Assembly (NCBI GenBank): GCA_951406725.2
Contig: OX597815.1
Coordinates: 143,530,001-143,594,000, forward strand
Direction of reading: 5' to 3'
DNA from: Octopus vulgaris
Lineage: Eukaryota
Length of the DNA: 64,000 nt
The notes below the pieces were generated by a model, which was not told the origin of the DNA, searched no databases, and saw nothing but the letters and a program-made list of their open reading frames with translations. The stretch's first letter is position 1. Each line of letters opens with the position of its first letter. The position numbers and the translations under genes are program-made. Below are positions 57,175 through 64,000 of this stretch, one piece after another.

Positions 57175-57530
57175 CATCATCATCATCATCATCATCATCG
57201 TTTAATGTCCGCTTTCCATGCTAGCATGGGTTGAACGGTTCAACTGGGTTCTGGGAAGCCAGAAGGCTGCACCAAGCCCAGTCTGATCTGGCAGTGTTTC
57301 TACAGCTGGATGCCCTTCCTAACGCCAACCATTCCGAGAGTGTAGTGGGTGCTTTTAATGTGCCACCTGCACAGGTGCCAGACGAGGCTGGCAACGGCCA
57401 CAATCGGATGGTGCTTTTTACGTGCCACAGGCACGGAGGCCAGTCGGGGCGGCGCTGGCAGCGGCCATGTTCAGATGGTTCTCTTATGTGCCACCGGCAC
57501 TGGTATCTCAGCTACAATTTCCATTGATGT
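57175..57530 (-). mobile_element. RTE-tail non-autonomous element with internal ~52-bp tandem units
   Basis: (CAT)n gtttaatgtccgctttccatgctagcatggg..ggatgcccttcctaacgccaacc, then repeated ggtgcttttacgtgccaccggcac units. Other copies at 3470-3770, 31460-31680, 51055-51340. Confidence 0.85.
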
Positions 57531-57989
57531 TAAATCCTTAAAATATATTAGGAGCAGGATGGGGGGTTAAAGACTGGTATTTCCTGAAGGAACACGTTGT
57601 AATTGCTCATACTTAACTTCGATAATTCAATATAGTGACTGCAATAACTTTATAGATATATCTTCTTGTTTTGTTTGAAAACTATAAAACGTTTTGGCTG
57701 TTTTAGAAGTAACACTTGGATCAATACGGTCATGTATGTTTGACTTTACCAGAAAATCTTAACCATTGAGTAGACAAATAGTAAAATTACTTAATTGCTA
57801 ACAGCCAAATTAACATCTTAGAAATCAATATTTTATTACATTTAATCAGAAGGAGTTAGAAAGTGACTCAAGGAGTGAGAGTTTCGTGCATGAATAACAT
57901 TATGTGTTAGTTGACTTGCTAAAAAACTGCAACCAAATTTCCCACCAAAAATTGCAACAAAATTAACATTTTATAAATATTAGCATTTA

Positions 57990-58236
57990 TGCTGGTGGCA
58001 CGTAAAAAGCACCAACTGATTGTGGCCGTTGCCAGCCTCGCCTGGCACCATGCCGGTGGCACATTAAAAGCACCCACTACACTCACGGAGTGGTTGGCGT
58101 TAGGAAGGGCATCCAGCTGTAGAAACACTGCCAGATCAGACTGGGCCTGGTGCAGCCTCCTGGCTTCCCAGACCCCAGTCAAACCGTCCAACTCATGCTA
58201 GCATGGAAAGCGGACGTTAAACGATGATGATGATGA
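57990..58236 (+). mobile_element. RTE-tail element, inverted partner of 57175-57530
   Basis: Nearly identical in reverse complement; both translate to ..RRLHQAQSDLAVFLQLDALPNANHS.. on opposite strands. Confidence 0.85.
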
Positions 58237-58428
58237 TTATTATTAAAAAAAAAATGGCACATTTGATAATGTATTTCTAAAACGATGGTTTGACCACATC
58301 TGGAATGTTAGCTTTCAATCAAAGATCTTCTGGATAAGGGTAAACAGGGCCTAAACAATAACTACATGTCAGGGGATTAAAGCAAGTGTAAACAAGAGGT
58401 AAAGGAAGATGGGTATCTGTGTAGTTAA

Positions 58429-58660
58429 GGCGGCGAGCTGGCAGAAACGTTAGCACGCCAGGCGAAATGCTTAGCGGTATTTCGTCTGCGTTACGTTGTG
58501 AGTTCAAATTCTGCCGAGGTTGACTTTGCCTTTCATCCTTTCGGGGTCGATAAATTAAGTACCAGTTACGCACTGGGCTCGATGTAATCAACTTAATCGG
58601 TTTGTCTGTCCTTGTTTGTACCCTCTGTGTTTAGCCCCTTGTGGGTAATAAAGAAATAGG
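58429..58660 (+). mobile_element. tRNA-derived SINE family 1, best-preserved copy
   Basis: A-box tggcagaaacgttagc, B-box gagttcaaattc, central gactttgcctttcatcctttcggggtcgataaattaagtaccag domain. Other copies at about 1-78, 925-1022, 4175-4300, 12030-12335, 21300-21970 (three), 22793-23010, 27005-27220, 28333-28548, 31885-32080, 42143-42360, 47690-47878, 62650-62828. Confidence 0.9.
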
Positions 58661-59209
58661 TATGACAATTGTGACAGAATAGCTTCACAGATAGTTATAG
58701 AACTATGTAGCTAACTTGCTACCAAGCTACATAGTTATCCAGATAAGGTTATAGAACCAGAGGTAAATGAAACAAAATAAAAAGAACAAGCTGTGATAAA
58801 TAATCAAAATCTCAGTATCCCCTACATCTCTCCAAAAGTTAAAGGGGGTACTAGCTAGAGCACAGCTGTTGTTATTAGCCTACCCTGTACACATCATATC
58901 ATCTTACATGACTGCTCCATGTCATACTACCAACATTGCAGTCACAGCAATATAGAACTGACATTATAAGACATACACACACATGCTCATATTCATGCAC
59001 ACACACACACACACACACTCATACACATGAACACACACAAACACATATGCACATGTGCACACATACACATACACACATTACAATGCAAAAATGGTGCGGG
59101 TGAACGTGTAACATATGTGCTCTGAAAAACAACGTAGCTACGTAGTGGATCTTCAGCAGGTTTGCAGAACCCTTCACTGTAAAACCCCCAAACCCTGTTA
59201 GATGTTACG

Positions 59210-59250
59210 CTAAAGAGCAGGACACTGAAGGAGTGGCAGAGTTAGACTCC
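59210..59250 (-). other. Candidate stop-containing or alternative terminal exon
   Basis: Very strong polypyrimidine acceptor tctgttttcttttgtctttctttcccccag|GG. All three frames stop within 15 codons; after exon A it reads GSLTLPLLQCPAL-stop. Confidence 0.3.
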
Positions 59251-59644
59251 CTGGGGGAAAGAAAGACAAAAGAAAACAGAGACCAGATGCTGAAGAGGAA
59301 TCAGTAGAGACACTATGATGACATCATTATGCCATTGCCATAAATACCCCCACCCTACCACCATCAGCTCCACCACCACCACCACTACTACTACTACTCT
59401 TCCTTCTACCAAAGCAACTCTCTCAGTATGTCTTCAATACCAATTTTATTGCAAATCTCAAAGACATACAATTTATGTTAACTTTATATTTAAGGAATCA
59501 GTGAGAAATACCAGCCAAATTTCCCCTCAAATCACATCCTAATGTCTTATAGGAAGAAGGACACACTGAATAAAGTACTCCAGGGTACACTGATGTAGTA
59601 TGGTACTGTGGTACTGTGGCTGTTGTACTGTGATAAGAGAGCGG

Positions 59645-60962
59645 TAGATAAGAATGCCTTGTGGTAGTTGTTCTTCCTCTCAATGGTCTGAGTCCAAATC
59701 CTGCTGAGACTAACTTTGCCTCTCATTCTTTTGGTGTGTGTGTGTGTGTGAGATGGTGGTGGTTGTGGTGGTGATAAAATGGTACCAAACCAGAGAAGGA
59801 GATTGGCAGAACTGTTAAAGCACATGTAATAAGATACATTTGGAAGAAGAGATGGGTAGACTATCACTATGAATGACACAGAGTACTCAGTGTCAACCCT
59901 TTCAAGATTTAGAACTAAAAACTATAACTCATACATTGCAATCACTGCAATAATTGCCAATCACTACAGATTCTGTGGAGGTACATGGCCTAGTGGTTAG
60001 AGCAGCAGACTTGTGGTTGAGGGATTGCAGGTTCAAATCTCAGATTAAGGGATGTGTGTTTATGAGTGAAACAACTAAGTTCCACACAGCTCTGGCAGAA
60101 GATAATGGCAAGCTTCTGCTGACTCTTTTGCCATAACTTTCTCTCACTCTTTCCTCTTGCACCTAGCAGCTCACCTGCGACAGACCAGTGTCCCGTCCAG
60201 GTGGGGAACCTATATGCCAATGAAACCAGGAAACCGGCCAGGCATGGCTCGAGAAGGAACAAACAACCACAGATACTGTATTTTCTTATATACAAGCTGA
60301 TGTATACAGTGTAAACATTCAAACATCATTACTGTCTTTCTAAATCCTGTTGCATTTCACATACAAATTTTGGTCTGCCAAAGTTGTTTTGGTTTGTAAG
60401 TTGACTTTTCTTTTTATGGCTGAAAAATTTGATTTGTATGCCATAGAATAAAGTATATGACTCTGTGTCAATGGTGGAACTATAATGATTATCACTAACC
60501 CAGGGTCATTATGATGGTAGGTACTTACTATAAATATGTGGCCCTATCTATATCCAGGGCCACTCTGTTAATCAGGTTGTTTATGTATCTGTTCCTATAT
60601 GTGCAAGTTGAGTAAGGGATTTTTTTCTTTATAGAAATCTTGGAAAATTTTTACCCTCCATGCCACCAGTGTTGCTCAAAGGAAAAGATTTCCTGAAAGA
60701 CCAATATAAATTGGCACCAGAGTTGCTGCAGACATCGCCACCAGAATCAATGCAAAGACCCACAGCAGATACCACAAGGCTTCTTGTTCATGCTTTAAGA
60801 GTTCTGCCAATCTCCTTCTCTGGTTTGGCACCATTTTATCACCACCACCACCATCACACACACACACATACACACCAAAAGAATGAAAGGTAAAGTTAAT
60901 CTCAGCAGGATTTGAACTCAGAGCATTGAGAGTAAGAACAACTACCACAAGGCATTCTATCC
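59645..60962. repeat. Inverted duplication of about 185 bp (59645-59830 and 60782-60962)
   Basis: agaatgccttgtggtagttgttctt versus aagaacaactaccacaaggcattct; gataaaatggtaccaaaccagagaaggagattggcagaac versus gttctgccaatctccttctctggtttggcaccattttatc. Confidence 0.9.
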
Positions 60963-61430
60963 AACAACCTAGCAACTCTGCCACATTGTCCCCTTCATCC
61001 TGTATTAGTATTAGATATTCTTATTTAAAGATTTCAACAAAAATTACATAATTCTTAAGACTATGATAAAAACTGAAATGTCGATAATGAAATCTCCACA
61101 GAATCCATACATATGTCTTTCAAACTGGTGGAACTTGTAAGATTTCTCATTCAGCTGTTCCAGAGTATTATATACCACTCTAGTATCAAACAGTATGTAC
61201 ATTAAATACACACACACCCATATATATACACACACACACACACCATATGTACATATATAATATATATAATACACACACACACACACATATGTACATATAT
61301 AATATATATAATACACACACACATATATATACATACATATATATATATACATACATACATATATATATATACATACATATATATATATACATACATACAT
61401 ATATATACATACATACATATATATACATAC

Positions 61431-61478
<48 letters not shown>

Positions 61479-63454
61479 GTGTAAATACACACACAAACGC
61501 ACACACGTATATTTAATACTTAAGAAGATTTAATTTTATATTTTCTTCTCGGAATGTCTGGTGTCTATTTGTTACCTTGGTAACATTTTCAGATTTTTGT
61601 TTTCCCTCAGATTCATCTCAAGGTTAATTTATAGAACACGCTGAACAGGAATTGTGAAGTGAGGTAGACATGAAAGCGATTGTCTGCTGCATGAAGATGA
61701 AACAGCTGCACTCATGCGACATGTTTGCAATGTAAAGGATAGACCCCACATGTTGGGTGAGACATGATACTGGTGGTGATGGGGGTGGTAGTAGTGGGTA
61801 ACTGTATTAAATTAGGTGGTATGTATATATATATATATTCTTTTATTCTTTTATTTATTTCAGTCATTTGACTGTGACCATACTGGAGTACCACGTTTAG
61901 TCAAACAAACTGACCCCAGGACATATTCTTTGTAAGCATAGTACTTATTCTATTAGTCTCTTTTGCTGAACTACTAAGTCACACAGGGATGTAAACACAC
62001 CAACATCAGTTGTCACGTGATGGTGGGGGAACAAGCATAGACACACACATATATATATATATATATATACACGACAGGCTTCTTTCAGTTTCCATCTACT
62101 AAATCCACTCACAAGGCTTTGATTGGCCCAAAGCTATAGTAGAAGACACTTGCCGAAGGTGTCACACAGTGGGACTGAACCCAGAACCATGTGGTTGGTA
62201 AGCAAGCTTTTTACCACACATGATGATGATGATGATCCAAATTCATATGTACCACTAAACTTACCCCCTGCTCTTCGCAATCCTTTGCCCGTATTCTCTT
62301 TTACACTAACTGTCTTGAACTTTAAAAGTATGCTCTGACATCTTGTTACCAACATCTTTATCTCTCTTTTCCAGCTTTATATAATGTTGAGTAGCTATGT
62401 AAAAGAGTAAAGAACCCCTTTGGTCATGAATAGCCATGGGATTGCACCTAGAAAGATACCCTCTGAGGCACAAGTCGGGGCAAGGAAAAGGAGAATACTA
62501 GGAAGTCCACTACAAGGTCTTCAGATACTAATCACGACTGACTACGTAAAAATGGATTTTACAACTGTAGTCTGTAGAGTTATACTCCACAAATGAAACG
62601 TAATAAAAGATGACAGTATTTATGTAAAGGTAATCTCTACATATTTAATAATCCTTTCTACTGTAGGTACAGGGCCTGAAATTTCGAAAGATAGGGGTGG
62701 TTGTTTACATTGACCCCAGTACACAACTGGTACTTAATTCATCAACCCTGAAAAGATGAAAGGTAAAGTTGACTTCGATGGATGAAAGGCTGAGCATTGC
62801 GTCTAGCATTCTGCCAGCTCACCACCTAATATGAAGGAGGAATTTAGGAATAAAAGTACATTCCTTATAAACTGTTGTTATTGCTACTTTGGTACTTGGA
62901 TAAATCCAACATAGTTTACTTCTTACATCATTGTACTTATAGTGACCTCTAGAGCTGAAGTGGTGCAACTAACAATAAACTAAGTTGTCGACACTTCTGT
63001 CGATATCAGCTGGTTAGATACAATCCAAGGCAGTGTATTACAGATACTGGTGAAGGCTCATGGCTTAATGGATAGGGTATTTGGCTCATGATCGTAAGGT
63101 CATGAGTTCAATTCCCGATGGCAAGTTGTGTCTCTTGAGTAAGACACTACTTTATTCCACATTGCTCCAGTCCATTCAGCTGGCAAAAATGAGTTGTACC
63201 TGTAATTCAAAGAACCGGCGTTGACACATTTTGTGTACATATGCCTGTGGAGTACTCAGCCACTTGCATGTTAATTTCACAAGCAGGCTGTTCTGTTGAT
63301 CAGATCAACTGGTACCCACGTCATTGTAACCAATGAAGCGCCAGTGTTACAGGTACTTATTTTGCAATCCCCTGGAAGGCTGACAGGCAGAGCTGAACTG
63401 GGTAGGACGCAGCTGTAGCTCAACAAAGTACCAATCATCTTTAAAACATAATAC

Positions 63455-63527
63455 CTTGCCCGTGAGTCACAAGATGATGAGATCTAATCCCACGATTTCT
63501 TCTCATGTGTCTTCTATGTTTTCGTCT
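63455..63527 (-). CDS. Candidate internal exon A of an unidentified minus-strand gene (RRKHRRHMRRNRGIRSHHLVTHGQ+G)
   Basis: Acceptor tttctgtttccattaccag|AGA, donor CAAG|gtatta. 73 bp, only one frame open, phase 0 to 1, unique sequence between repeats. Confidence 0.6.
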
Positions 63528-63547
63528 CTGGTAATGGAAACAGAAAT

Positions 63548-63915
63548 CATCATCATCATTTAGCATCCGCTTTCCATGCTAGCATGGGTTGGACGGTTCA
63601 ACTGGGGTAAGGCTGCACCAGGCCCAGTCTGATCTGGCAATGTTTCTACGGCTGGATGCCCTTCCTAACGCCAACCACTCCGTGAGTGTAGTGGGTGCTT
63701 TTTACGTGCCACCGGCACAGGTGCCAGACGAGGCTGGCGAACAGCCACGACCGGATGGTGCTTTTTACGTACCACCAGCACAGGGGCCAGGCAAGGCTGG
63801 CAACTGCCATGATCGGATGGTGCTTTTTGCGTGCCACTGGCACAGAGGCCCGTCGGGGCAGCGCTGGCGACAGCCACATTCGGATGGTTTGCTTACGTGC
63901 CACCGGCACTGGAGG
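63548..63915 (-). mobile_element. RTE-tail element with four internal tandem units, next to exon A
   Basis: Same family as 57175-57530; CpGs largely intact. Confidence 0.85.
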
Positions 63916-64000
63916 CCAGAAATAAACCATTCCACCAGAACCTTAATCAATGTCTAGGATACTGGTTGGTTCTATCTTTAACTCTTTACCTTTGACTTTC

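Noticed and set aside
57221-58201. Recurring peptide LQLDALPNANH in several ORFs, resembling a gene family
   Set aside because: It is the antisense translation of the non-coding RTE 3' tail repeat.
58429-58520. Possible tRNA genes (also 47482, 59977, 63052)
   Set aside because: A and B boxes are present, but I saw no complete cloverleaf, and each continues into a SINE body.
61595-61770. Plus-strand acceptor ttttccctcag with weak downstream donors
   Set aside because: Isolated, no sustained ORF and no partner exons found on the plus strand.

Overview
AT-rich eukaryotic DNA dominated by microsatellites, tRNA-derived SINEs, decayed RTE LINEs, MITEs, a Helitron and Penelope-like relics. The repeat landscape looks like an octopus or other coleoid cephalopod genome (inference from repeat style, not a database match). 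Nearly all supplied ORFs are simple-repeat or transposon artefacts. Reading the minus strand by hand gives a chain of small, phase-compatible GT-AG exons (63527-63455, 37296-37242, 37010-36905, 31338-31198). They splice into a basic, then Cys-rich, then helical peptide I cannot assign to a family. There are two candidate last exons (13655 and 1769) and a candidate stop-containing exon at 59250, so most of the window is probably intron of one large minus-strand gene. Also notable: several close inverted repeats that could form dsRNA in the pre-mRNA, degenerate Penelope-type hammerhead ribozyme motifs in foldback elements, a hAT element with MER1-like ends and a nested Tc/mariner MITE, a PHD-like finger inside the RTE reverse transcriptase, and a CpG-retaining island at about 10.5-14.3 kb. 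No rRNA, true tRNA or CRISPR array was seen. Repeat coordinates are approximate.
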